Below are positions 1 through 13,800 of a DNA stretch of 64,000 nucleotides, one piece after another. The DNA lies in assembly GCA_964016885.1 (NCBI GenBank), contig OZ024750.1, forward strand, positions 41,168,001 through 41,232,000, read 5' to 3'. The notes beneath the pieces were generated by a model. That model searched no databases and was not told the origin of the DNA. It saw only the letters and a list, made by a program, of their open reading frames with translations. The first letter of the stretch is position 1; the number at the start of each line of letters is the position of its first letter. Made by a program: the position numbers and the translations under genes. This DNA is from Eledone cirrhosa (taxonomy: Eukaryota).

Positions 1-1170
1 AAGAGGTAGAAGAGAAAGGAGGGGAAGAAGAGGTAGAAGAGTAAGGAGGGGAAGAAGAGGTAGAAGAGAAAGAAGAGAAAGGAGGGGAAGAAGAGGTAGA
101 AGAGAAAGAAGGGGAAGAAGAGGTAGAAGAGAAAGAAGAGAAAGAAGGGGAAGAAGAGGTAGAAGAGAAAGGAGGGGAAGAAGAGGTAGAAGAGAAAGAA
201 GAGAAAGGAGGGGAAGAAGAGGTAGAAGAGAAAGAAGAGAAAGGAGGGGAAGAAGAGGTAGAAGAGAAAGAAGAGAAAGAAGAGGTAGAAGAGAAAGGAG
301 GGGAAGAAGAGGTAGAAGAGAAAGAAGAGAAAGGAGGGGAAGAAGAGGTAGAAGAGAAAGAAGGGGAAGAAGAGGTAGAAGAGAAAGAAGAGAAAGAAGG
401 GGAAGAAGAGGTAGAAGAGAAAGCAGGGGAAGAAGAGGTAGAAGAGAAAGAAGAGAAAGGAGGGGAAGAAGAGGTAGAAGAGAAAGGAGGGGAAGAAGAG
501 GTAGAAGAGAAAGAAGAGAAAGGAGGGGAAGAAGAGGTAGAAGAGAAAGAAGGGGAAGAAGAGGTAGAAGAGAAAGAAGAGAAAGAAGGGGAAGAAGAGG
601 TAGAAGAGAAAGGAGGGGAAGAAGAGGTAGAAGAGAAAGAAGAGAAAGGAGGGGAAGAAGAGGTAGAAGAGAAAGGAGGGGAAGAAGAGGTAGAAGAGAA
701 AGAAGAGAAAGGAAGGGAAGAAGAGGTAGAAGATGAAGTAGAGAAAGGAGATGAAGAAGTAGAAGATGAAGTAGAGGTAGAAGAGGTAGAAGAGAAAGAA
801 GAGAAAGGAGGGGAAGAAGAGGTAGAAGAGAAAGAAGGGGAAGGAGAGGTAGAAGAGAAAGAAGAGAAAGAAGGGGAAGAAGAGGTAGAAGAGAAAGGAG
901 GGGAAGAAGAGGTAGAAGAGAAAGAAGAGAAAGGAAGGGAAGAAGAGGTAGAAGATGAAGAAGAGAAAGGAGATGAAGAAGTAGAAGATGAAGTAGAGGT
1001 AGAAGAGGTAGAAGAGAAAGAAGAGAAAGGAGGGGAAGAAAAGGTAGAAGAGAAAGGAGGGGAAGAAGAGTTAGAAGAGGTAGAAGAGAAAGGAGATGAA
1101 GAAGAGGTAGAAGATGAAGAAGAGAAAGGAGGAGATGAAGAAGTAGAAGATGAAGAGGAGGCAGAAGGTA
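1..1170. repeat. Purine-rich (GAA-based) minisatellite, modules GAAGAGAAA / GGAGGGGAA / GAAGAGGTA
   Basis: Tandem 9-bp modules, almost entirely A/G on the + strand; truncated by the window start. Confidence 0.95.
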
Positions 1171-1399
1171 GAAACTCTAGCCAAGCTGTCGAACTTCGTA
1201 AAAATCAACTTCACACAGAAATCTATTGAAAGAATATTTTGAGAGAGAAATGAAAGCTGAGTGAAAGGGAGGCTTGCTCCTCCTAGCTTCCATGGAATGT
1301 TCCATGGAGATATCTAACTTTTCCAGGAAGTAGACACTACACTTACAGTTTCTTCCTTCTCCTCTCTACTTTACCATCCTGGTTGAGATATTTCCCAGC

Positions 1400-1535
1400 C
1401 CATCATAATCATCATTATCATCATCACCATCATCATCAGCAGCAGCATCACCATCACCATCATCATCATCATAACTATCACCATCATCATCATCATCATC
1501 ATAACCATCATAATCATCATCATTATTATCATGAT
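1400..1535. repeat. (CAT/CAC)n trinucleotide microsatellite
   Basis: Degenerate catcatcaccat run; a second such run lies at about 1727-1855. Confidence 0.9.
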
Positions 1536-1536
1536 A

Positions 1537-1722
1537 AGGCGGTGGATTGGCAGTATCGGTAGAGGGTCGGACACCATGCTTTCCAGCATAGTTACGTCCC
1601 TTTACGATCTGAGTTCAAATCCCGCCGAGGTTGAATTTCCCTTTCATCCTTACGGGGTCGATAAAATAAAGTACCAGTAATGCACTGGGATGATTGCTGG
1701 CCTTGTGCCTAAAGTAGAAACA
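1537..1722 (+). mobile_element. tRNA-derived SINE, family A (MetaSINE-like core)
   Basis: A-box-like tggcagtatcggt, B-box gagttcaaatccc, core gaggttgaatttccctttcatccttacggggtcgataaaataaagtacc, tail gctggccttgtgcctaaagtagaaac; about 20 related copies in the window. The MetaSINE assignment is from recalled motif similarity. Confidence 0.85.
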
Positions 1723-1886
1723 ATTATTATCATCATCACCATTATCACCATCATCATCATCACCATCACCATCATCACCATCACAACCATCACCATCATC
1801 ACAACCCTCACCATCACAACCATCATCACCATCATTGTAATATCATCATCATCATTGACAATGACAATAACGGTGTTGATGACAAT

Positions 1887-4800
1887 ATGACAATGATGAT
1901 GACAACTGTGGGGGTGACAACTGTGGTGGTGACAGTGACAATGATGATGACAACTGTGGTGGTGACAGTGACAATGATGATGACAACTGTGGTGGTGACA
2001 GTGACAATGATGATGACAACTGTGGTGGTGACAGTGACAATGATGATGACAACTGTGGTGGTGACAGTGACAATGATGATGACAACTGTGGTGGTGACAG
2101 TGACAATGATGATGACAACTGTGGTGGTGACAATGACAATGATGATGACAACTGTGGTGGTGACAATGACAATGATGATGACAACTGTGATGGTGACAGT
2201 GACAATGATGATGACAACTGTGGTGGTGACAGTGACAATGATGATGACAACTGTGATGGTGATAACTGTGGTGGTGACAGTGACAATGATGATGACAACT
2301 GTGGTGGTGACAATGACAATGATGATGACAACTGTGGTGGTGACAATGACAATGATGGTGACAACTGTGGTGGTGACAATGACAATGATGATGACAACTG
2401 TGGTGGTGACAGTGACAATGATGATGACAACTGTGGTGGTGACAGTGACAATGATGATGACAACTGTGGTGGTGACAGTGACAATGATGATGACAGCTGT
2501 GGTGGTGACAATGACAATGATGATGACAACTGTGGTGGTGACAGTGACAATGATGATGACAACTGTGTTGGTGACAGTGACAATGATGATGACAACTGTG
2601 GTGGTGACAATGACAATGATGATGACAACTGTGGTGGTGACAGTGACAATGATGATGACAACTGTGGTGGTGACAGTGACAATGATGATGACAACTGTGG
2701 TGGTGACAGTGACAATGATGATGACAACTGTGATGGTGACAGTGACAATGATGATGACAACTGTGGTGGTGACAGTGACAATGATGATGACAACTGTGGT
2801 GGTGACAGTGACAATGATGATGACAACTGTGGTGGTGACAGTGACAATGATGATGACAACTGTGGTGGTGACAATGACAATGATGATGACAACTGTGGTG
2901 GTGACAGTGACAATGATGATGACAACTGTGGTGGTGACAGTGACAATGATGATGACAGCTGTGGTGGTGACAATGACAATGATGATGAAAACTGTGGTGG
3001 TGACAGTGACAATGATGATGACAACTGTGTTGGTGACAGTGACAATGATGATGACAACTGTGGTGGTGACAGTGACAATGATGATGACAACTGTGGTGGT
3101 GACAGTGACAATGATGATGACAACTGTGATGGTGACAACTGTGGTGGTGACAGTGACAATGATGATGACAACTGTGGTGGTGACAATGACAATGATGATG
3201 ACAACTGTGGTGGTGACAATGACAATGATGGTGACAACTGTGGTGGTGACAATGACAATGATGATGACAACTGTGGTGGTGACAGTGACAATGATGATGA
3301 CAACTGTGGTGGTGACAGTGACAATGATGATGACAACTGTGGTGGTGACAGTGAAAATGATGATGACAACTGTGGTGGTAACAATGACAATGATGATGAC
3401 AACTGTGGTGGTGACAAAGACAATGATGATGACAACTGTGGTGGTGACAATGACAATGATGATGACAACTGTGGTGGTGACAGTGACAATGATGATGACA
3501 ACTGTGGTGGTGACAATGACAATGATGATGACAACTGTGGTGGTGACAATGACAATGATGATGACAACTGTGGTGGTGACAGTGACAATGATGATGACAA
3601 CTGTGGTGGTGACAATGACAATGATGATGACAACTGTGGTGGTGACAATGACAACAGAGATGACAACTGTGGTGGTGACAGTGACAACAGAGATGAACAC
3701 TGTGGTGGTGACAATGACAATGATGATGACAACTGTGGTGGTGACAATGACAATGATGATGACAACTGTGTTGGTGACAATGACAATGATGGTGACGACT
3801 GTGGTGGTGACAGTGACAATGATGGTGACAACTGTGGTGGTGACAATGACAATGATGATGACAACTGTGGTGATGACAATGACAATGATGATGACAACTG
3901 TGGTGGTGACAATGACAATGATGATGACAACTGTGGTGGTGACAGTGACAATGATGATGACAACTGTGGTGATGACAATGACAATGATGATGACAACTGT
4001 GGTGGTGACAATGACAATGATGATGACAACTGTGATGGTGACAACTGTGGTGGTGACAGTGACAATGATGATGACAACTGTGGTGGTGACAATGACAATG
4101 ATGATGAAAACTGTGGTGGTGACAGTGACAATGATGATGACAACTGTGGTGGTGACAGTGACAATGATGATGACAACTGTGGTGGTGACAATGACAACTG
4201 TGGGGGTGACAACTGTGGTGGTGACAATGACAATGATGATGACAACTGTGGTGGTGAAAATGACAATGATGATGACAACTGTGGTGGTGACAGTGACAAT
4301 GATGATGACAACTGTGGTGATGACAATGACAATGATGATGACAACTGTGGTGGTGACAATGACAATGATGATGACAACTGTGGTGATGACAATGACAATG
4401 ATGATGACAACTGTGGTGGTGACAATGACAATGATGATGACAACTGTGGTGGTGACAGTGACAATGATGATGACAACTGTGGTGATGACAATGACAATGA
4501 TGATGACAACTGTGGTGGTGGCAATGACAATGATGATGACAACTGTGATGGTGACAACTGTGGTGGTGACAGTGACAATGATGATGACAACTGTGGTGGT
4601 GACAATGACAATGATGATGACAACTGTGGTGGTGACAGTGACAATGATGATGACAACTGTGGTGGTGACAGTGACAATGATGATGACAACTGTGGTGGTG
4701 ACAATGACAACTGTGGGGGTGACAACTGTGGTGGTGACAATGACAATGATGATGACAACTGTGGTGGTGACAATGACAATGATGATGACAACTGTGGTGG

Positions 4801-7800
4801 TGACAGTGACAATGATGATGACAACTGTGGTGATGACAGTGACAATGATGATGACAACTGTGGTGGTGACAATGACAATGATGATGACAACTGTGGTGAT
4901 GACAATGACAATGATGATGACAACTGTGGTGGTGACAATGACAATGATGATGACAACTGTGGTGGTGACAGTGACAATGATGATGACAACTGTGGTGATG
5001 ACAATGACAATGATGATGACAACTGTGGTGGTGACAATGACAATGATGATGACAACTGTGGTGATGACAATGACAATGATGATGACAACTGTGGTGGTGA
5101 CAATGACAATGATGATGACAACTGTGGTGGTGACAGTGACAATGATGATGACAACTGTGGTGATGACAATGACAATGATGATGACAACTGTGGTGGTGAC
5201 AATGACAATGATGATGACAACTGTGGTGGTGACAGTGACAATGATGATGACAACTGTGGTGGTGACAATGACAATGATGATGACAACTGTGGTGGTGACA
5301 GTGACAATGATGATGACAACTGTGGTGGTGACAATGACAATGATGATGACAACTGTGGTGGTGACAGTGACAATGATGATGACAACTGTGGTGGTGACAA
5401 TGACAATGATGATGACAACTGTGGTGGTGACAGTGACAATGATGATGACAACTGTGGTGGTGACAGTGACAATGATGATGACAACTGTGGTGGTGACAAT
5501 GACAACTGTGGGGGTGACAACTGTGGTGGTGACAATGACAATGATGATGACAACTGTGGTGGTGACAATGACAATGATGATGACAAGTGTGGTGGTGACA
5601 GTGACAATGATGATGACAACTGTGGTGATGACAATGACAATGATGATGACAACTGTGGTGGTGACAATGACAATGATGATGACAACTGTGATGGTGACAA
5701 CTGTGGTGGTGACAGTGACAATGATGATGACAACTGTGGTGGTGACAATGACAATGATGATGACAACTGTGGTGGTGACAGTGACAATGATGATGACAAC
5801 TGTGGTGGTGACAGTGACAATGATGATGACAACTGTGGTGGTGACAATGACAACTGTGGGGGTGACAACTGTGGTGGTGACAGTGAGAATGATGGTGACA
5901 ACTGTGGTGGTGACAGTGACAATGATGATGACAACTGTGGTGGTGACAATGACAATGATGATGACATCTGTGGTGGTGACAATGACAATGATGATGACAA
6001 CTGTGGTGGTGACAGTGAGAATGATGGTGACAACTGTGGTGGTGACAGTGACAATGATGATGACAACTGTGGTGGTGACAGTGACAATGATGATGACAAC
6101 TGTGGTGGTGACAGTGAGAATGATGGTGACAACTGTGGTGGTGACAATGACAATGATGATGACAACTGTGGTGGTGACAGTGACAATGGTGATGACAACT
6201 GTGGTGGTGACAGTGACAATGATGATGACAACTGTGGTGGTGACAATGACAATGATGATGACAACTGTGGTGGTGACAGTGACAATGATGATGACAACTG
6301 TGGTGGTGACAATGACGATGATGATGACAACTGTGGTGGTGACAGTGACAATGATGATGACAACTGTGGTGGTGACAATGACGATGATGATGACAACTGT
6401 GGTGGTGACAATGACAATGATGATGACAACTGTGGTGGTGACAATGACAATGATGATGACAACTGTGGTGGTGACAATGATAATGATGATGACAACTGTG
6501 GTGGTGACAATGACGATGATGATGACAACTGTGGTGGTGACAATGACGATGATGATGACAACTGTGGTGGTGACAATGACAACTGTGGGGGTGACAATGA
6601 CAATGATGATGACAACTGGTGGTGACAATGACAATGATGATGACAACTGTGGTGGTGACAGTGACAATGATGATGACAACTGTGGTGGTGACAGTGACAA
6701 TGATGATGACAACTGTGGTGGTGACAGTGACAATGATGATGACAACTGTGGTGGTGACAATGACAATGATGATGACAACTGTGGTGGTGACAATGACAAC
6801 TGTGGGGGTGACAATGACAATGATGATGACAACTGGTGGTGACAATGACAATGATGATGACAACTGTGGTGGTGACAGTGACAATGATGATGACAACTGT
6901 GGTGGTGACAGTGACAATGATGATGACAACTGTGATGGTGACAACTGTGGTGGTGACAGTGACAATGATGATGACAACTGTGGTGGTGACAATGACAATG
7001 ATGATGACAACTGTGGTGGTGACAATGACAATGATGATGACAACTGTGATGGTGACAGTGACAATGATGATGACAACTGTGGTGGTGACAATGACAATGA
7101 TGATGACAACTGTGATGGTGACAACTGTGGTGGTGACAGTGACAATGATGATGACAACTGTGGTGGTGACAATGACAACTGTGGGGGTGACAACTGTGGT
7201 GGTGACAATGACAATGATGATGACAACTGTGGTGGTGACAATGACAATGATAACTGTGTTGGTGACAATGACAATGATGATGACAACTGTGGTGGTGACA
7301 AAGACAATGATGATGACAACTGTGGTGGTGACAATGACAATGATGATGACAACTGTGGTGGTGACAATGACAATGATGATGACAACTGTGGTGGTGACAG
7401 TGACAATGATGATGACAACTGTGGTGGTGGGTGACAATGACAATGATGATGACAACTGTGGTGGTGACAGTGACAATGATGATGACAACTGTGGTGGTGA
7501 CAGTGACAATGATGATGACAACTGTGATGGTGACAACTGTGGTGGTGACAATGACAATGATGATGACAACTGTGGTGGTGACAAAGACAATGATGATGAC
7601 AACTGTGGTGGTGACAATGACAATGATGATGACAACTGTGGTGGTGACAATGACAATGATGATGACAACTGTGGTGGTGGGTGACAATGACAATGATGAT
7701 GACAACTGTGGTGGTGACAGTGACAATGATGATGACAACTGTGGTGGTGACAGTGACAATGATGATGACAACTGTGATGGTGACAACTGTGGTGGTGACA

Positions 7801-10800
7801 GTGACAATGATGATGACAACTGTGGTGGTGACAATGACAATGATGATGACAACTGTGGTGGTGATAATGACAATGATGGTGACAACTGTGGTGGTGACAA
7901 TGACAATGATGATGACAACTGTGGTGGTGACAGTGACAATGATGATGACAACTGTGGTGGTGACAGTGACAATGATGATGACAACTGTGGTGGTGACAGT
8001 GACAATGATGATGACAACTGTGGTGGTAACAATGACAATGATGATGACAACTGTGGTGGTGACAAAGACAATGATGATGACAACTGTGGTGGTGACAATG
8101 ACAATGATGATGACAACTGTGGTGGTGACAGTGACAATGATGATGACAACTGTGGTGGTGACAATGACAATGATGATGACAACTGTGGTGGTGACAATGA
8201 CAATGATGATGACAACTGTGATGGTGACAACTGTGGTGGTGACAGTGACAATGATGATGACGACTGTGGTGGTGACAATGACAATGATGATGAAAACTGT
8301 GGTGGTGACACTGACAATGATGATGACAACCGTGGTGGTGACAGTGACAATGATGATGACAACTGTGGTGGTGACAATGACAACTGTGGGGGTGACAACT
8401 GTGGTGGTGACAATGACAATGATGATGACAACTGTGGTGGTGACAATGACAATGATGATGACAACTGTGGTGGTGACAGTGACAATGATGATGACAACTG
8501 TGGTGATGACAATGACAATGATGATGACAACTGAGGTGGTGACAATGACAATGATGATGACAACTGTGATGGTGACAACTGTGGTGGTGACAGTGACAAT
8601 GATGATGACAACTGTGGTGGTGACAATGACAATGATGATGACAACTGTGGTGGTGACAGTGACAATGATGATGACAACTGTGGTGGTGACAGTGACAATG
8701 ATGATGACAACTGTGGTGGTGACAATGACAATGATGATGACAACTGTGGTGGTGGGTGACAATGACAATGATGATGACAACTGTGGTGGTGACAGTGACA
8801 ATGATGTTGACAACTGTGGTGGTGACAGTGACAATGATGATGACAACTGTGATGGTGACAACTGTGGTGGTGACAGTGACAATGATGATGACAACTGTGG
8901 TGGTGACAATGACAATGATGATGACAACTGTGGTGGTGACAATGACAATGATGGTGACAACTGTGGTGGTGACAATGACAATGATGATGACAACTGTGGT
9001 GGTGACAGTGACAATGATGATGACAACTGTGGTGGTGACAGTGACAATGATGATGACAACTGTGGTGGTGACAGTGACAATGATGATGACAACTGTGGTG
9101 GTAACAATGACAATGATGATGACAATTGTGGTGGTGACAAAGACAATGATGATGACAACTGTGGTGGTGACAATGACAATGATGATGACAACTGTGGTGG
9201 TGACAGTGACAATGATGATGACAACTGTGGTGGTGACAATGACAATGATGATGACAACTGTGGTGGTGACAATGACAATGATGATGACAACTGTGGTGGT
9301 GACAGTGACAATGATGATGACAACTGTGGTGGTGACAATGACAATGATGATGAAAACTGTGGTGGTGACAGTGACAATGATGATGACAACCGTGGTGGTG
9401 ACAGTGACAATGATGATGACAACTGTGGTGGTGACAATGACAACTGTGGTGGTGACAATGACAATGATGATGACAACTGTGGTGGTGACAGTGACAATGA
9501 TGATGACAACTGTGGTGGTGACAATGACAATGATGATGACAACTGTGGTGGTGACAATGACAATGATGATGACAACTGTGATGGTGACAACTGTGGTGGT
9601 GACAGTGACAATGATGATGACAACTGTGGTGGTGACAATGACAATGATGATGAAAACTGTGGTGGTGACAGTGACAATGATGATGACAACCGTGGTGGTG
9701 ACAGTGACAATGATGATGACAACTGTGGTGGTGACAATGACAACTGTGGGGGTGACAACTGTGGTGGTGACAATGACAATGATGATGACAACTGTGGTGG
9801 TGACAATGACAATGATGATGACAACTGTGGTGGTGACAGTGACAATGATGATGACAACTGTGGTGATGACAATGACAATGATGATGACAACTGAGGTGGT
9901 GACAATGACAATGATGATGACAACTGTGGTGATGACAATGACAATGATGATGACAACTGTGGTGGTGACAATGACAATGATGATGACAACTGTGGTGGTG
10001 ACAGTGACAATGATGATGACAAATGTGGTGATGACAATGACAATGATGATGACAACTGTGGTGGTGACAATGACAATGATGATGACAACTGTGATGGTGA
10101 CAACTGTGGTGGTGACAGTGACAATGATGATGACAACTGTGGTGGTGACAATGACAATGATGATGACAACTGTGGTGGTGACAGTGACAATGATGATGAC
10201 AACTGTGGTGGTGACAGTGACAATGATGATGACAACTGTGGTGGTGACAATGACAACTGTGGGGGTGACAACTGTGGTGGTGACAATGACAATGATGATG
10301 ACAACTGTGGTGGTGACAATGACAATGATGATGACAACTGTGGTGGTGACAGTGACAATGATGATGACAACTGTGGTGATGACAGTGACAATGATGATGA
10401 CAACTGTGGTGGTGACAATGACAATGATGATGACAACTGTGGTGATGACAATGACAATGATGATGACAACTGTGGTGGTGACAATGACAATGATGATGAC
10501 AACTGTGGTGGTGACAGTGACAATGATGATGACAACTGTGGTGATGACAATGACAATGATGATGACAACTGTGGTGGTGACAATGACAATGATGATGACA
10601 ACTGTGGTGATGACAATGACAATGATGATGACAACTGTGGTGGTGACAATGACAATGATGATGACAACTGTGGTGGTGACAGTGACAATGATGATGACAA
10701 CTGTGGTGATGACAATGACAATGATGATGACAACTGTGGTGGTGACAATGACAATGATGATGACAACTGTGGTGGTGACAGTGACAATGATGATGACAAC

Positions 10801-13800
10801 TGTGGTGATGACAATGACAATGATGATGACAACTGTGGTGGTGACAATGACAATGATGATGACAACTGTGATGGTGACAACTGTGGTGGTGACAGTGACA
10901 ATGATGATGACAACTGTGGTGGTGACAATGACAATGATGATGACAACTGTGGTGGTGACAGTGACAATGATGATGACAACTGTGGTGGTGACAGTGACAA
11001 TGATGATGACAACTGTGGTGGTGACAATGACAACTGTGGGGGTGACAACTGTGGTGGTGACAATGACAATGATGATGACAACTGTGGTGGTGACAATGAC
11101 AATGATGATGACAACTGTGGTGGTGACAGTGACAATGATGATGACAACTGTGGTGATGACAATGACAATGATGATGACAACTGTGGTGGTGACAATGACA
11201 ATGATGATGACAACTGTGATGGTGACAACTGTGGTGGTGACAGTGACAATGATGATGACAACTGTGGTGGTGACAATGACAATGATGATGACAACTGTGG
11301 TGGTGACAGTGACAATGATGATGACAACTGTGGTGGTGACAGTGACAATGATGATGACAACTGTGGTGGTGACAATGACAACTGTGGGGGTGACAACTGT
11401 GGTGGTGACAATGACAATGATGATGACAACTGTGGTGGTGACAATGACAATGATGATGACAACTGTTGTGGTGACAGTGACAATGATGATGACAACTGTG
11501 GTGATGACAATGACAATGATGATGACAACTGTGGTGGTGACAATGACAATGATGATGACAACTGTGATGGTGACAACTGTGGTGGTGACAGTGACAATGA
11601 TGATGACAACTGTGGTGGTGACAATGACGATGATGATGACAACTGTGGTGGTGACAGTGAGAATGATGATGACAACTGTGGTGATGACAATGACAACTGT
11701 GGGGGTGACAACTGTGGTGGTGACAATGACAATGATGATGACAACTGTGGTGGTGACAATGACAATGATGATGACAACTGTTGTGGTGACAGTGACAATG
11801 ATGATGACAACTGTGGTGATGACAATGACAATGATGATGACAACTGTTGTGGTGACAGTGACAATGATGATGACAACTGTGGTGATGACAATGACAACTG
11901 TGGGGGTGACAACTGTGGTGGTGACAATGACAATGATGATGACAACTGTGGTGGTGACAATGACAATGATGATGACAACTGTTGTGGTGACAGTGACAAT
12001 GATGATGACAACTGTGGTGATGACAATGACAATGATGATGACAACTGTGGTGGTGACAATGACAATGATGATGACAACTGTGATGATGACAACTGTGGTG
12101 GTGACAGTGACAATGATGATGACAACTGTGGTGGTGACAGTGACAATGATGATGACAACTGTGGTGGTGACAATGACGATGATGATGACAACTGTGGTGG
12201 TGACAATGACCAACTGTGGGGGTGACAACTGTGGTGGTGACAATGACAATGATGATGACAACTGTGGTGGTGACAATGACAATGATGATGACAACTGTGA
12301 TGGTGACAACTGTGGTGGTGACAGTGACAATGATGATGACAACTGTGGTGATGACAATGACAATGATGATGACAACTGTGGTGGTGACAGTGACAATGAT
12401 GATGACAACTGTGGTGGTGACAGTGACAATGATGATGACAACTGTGGTGGTGACAATGACAATGATGATGACAACTGTGGTGGTGACAATGACAACTGTG
12501 GGGGTGACAATGACAATGATGATGACAACTGGTGGTGACAATGACAATGATGATGACAACTGTGGTGGTGACAGTGACAATGATGATGACAACTGTGGTG
12601 GTGACAGTGACAATGATGATGACAACTGTGGTGGTGACAGTGACAATGATGATGACAACTGTGATGGTGACAACTGTGGTGGTGACAGTGACAATGATGA
12701 TGACAACTGTGGTCGGTGACAATGACAATGATGATGACAACTGTGGTGGTGACAATGACAATGATGATGACAACTGTGATGGTGACAGTGACAATGATGA
12801 TGACAACTGTGGTGGTGACAATGACAACTGTGATGGTGACAACTGTGGTGGTGACAGTGACAATGATGATGACAACTGTGGTGGTGACAGTGACAATGAT
12901 GATGACAACTGTGGTGGTGACAATGACAATGATGATGACAACTGTGGTGGTGACAATGACAATGATAACTGTGTTGGTGACAATGACAATGATGATGACA
13001 ACTGTGGTGGTGACAAAGACAATGATGATGACAACTGTGGTGGTGACAATGACAATGATGATGACAACTGTGGTGGTGACAATGACAATGATGATGACAA
13101 CTGTGGTGGTGACAGTGACAATGATGATGACAACTGTGGTGGTGACAGTGACAATGATGATGACAACTGTGGTGGTGGGTGACAATGACAATGATGATGA
13201 CAACTGTGGTGGTGACAGTGACAATGATGATGACAACTGTGGTGGTGACAGTGACAATGATGATGACAACTGTGGTGGTGACAATGACAATGATGATGAC
13301 AACTGTGGTGGTGACAATGACAATGATGATGACAACTGTGGTGGTGACAGTGACAATGATGATGACAACTGTGGTGGTGACAATGACAATGATGATGATG
13401 ACAACTGTGGTGGTGACAATGACAATGATGATGACAACTGTGGTGGTGACAGTGACAATGATGATGACAACTGTGGTGGTGACAATGACAATGATGATGA
13501 CAACTGTGGTTGGTGACAGTGACAATGATGATGACAACTGTGGTGGTGACAATGACAATGATGATGACAACTGTGATGGTGACAATGACAATGATGATGA
13601 CAACTGTGGTGGTGACAGTGACAATGATGATGACAACTGTGTGTGTGACAAGTGGGACAAAATGATGATGACAACTGTGGTGGTGACAATGACAATGATG
13701 ATGACAACTGTGATGGTGACAATGACAATGATGATGACAACTGTGGTTGGTGACAGTGACAATGATGATGACAACTGTGGTGGTGACAATGACAATGATG

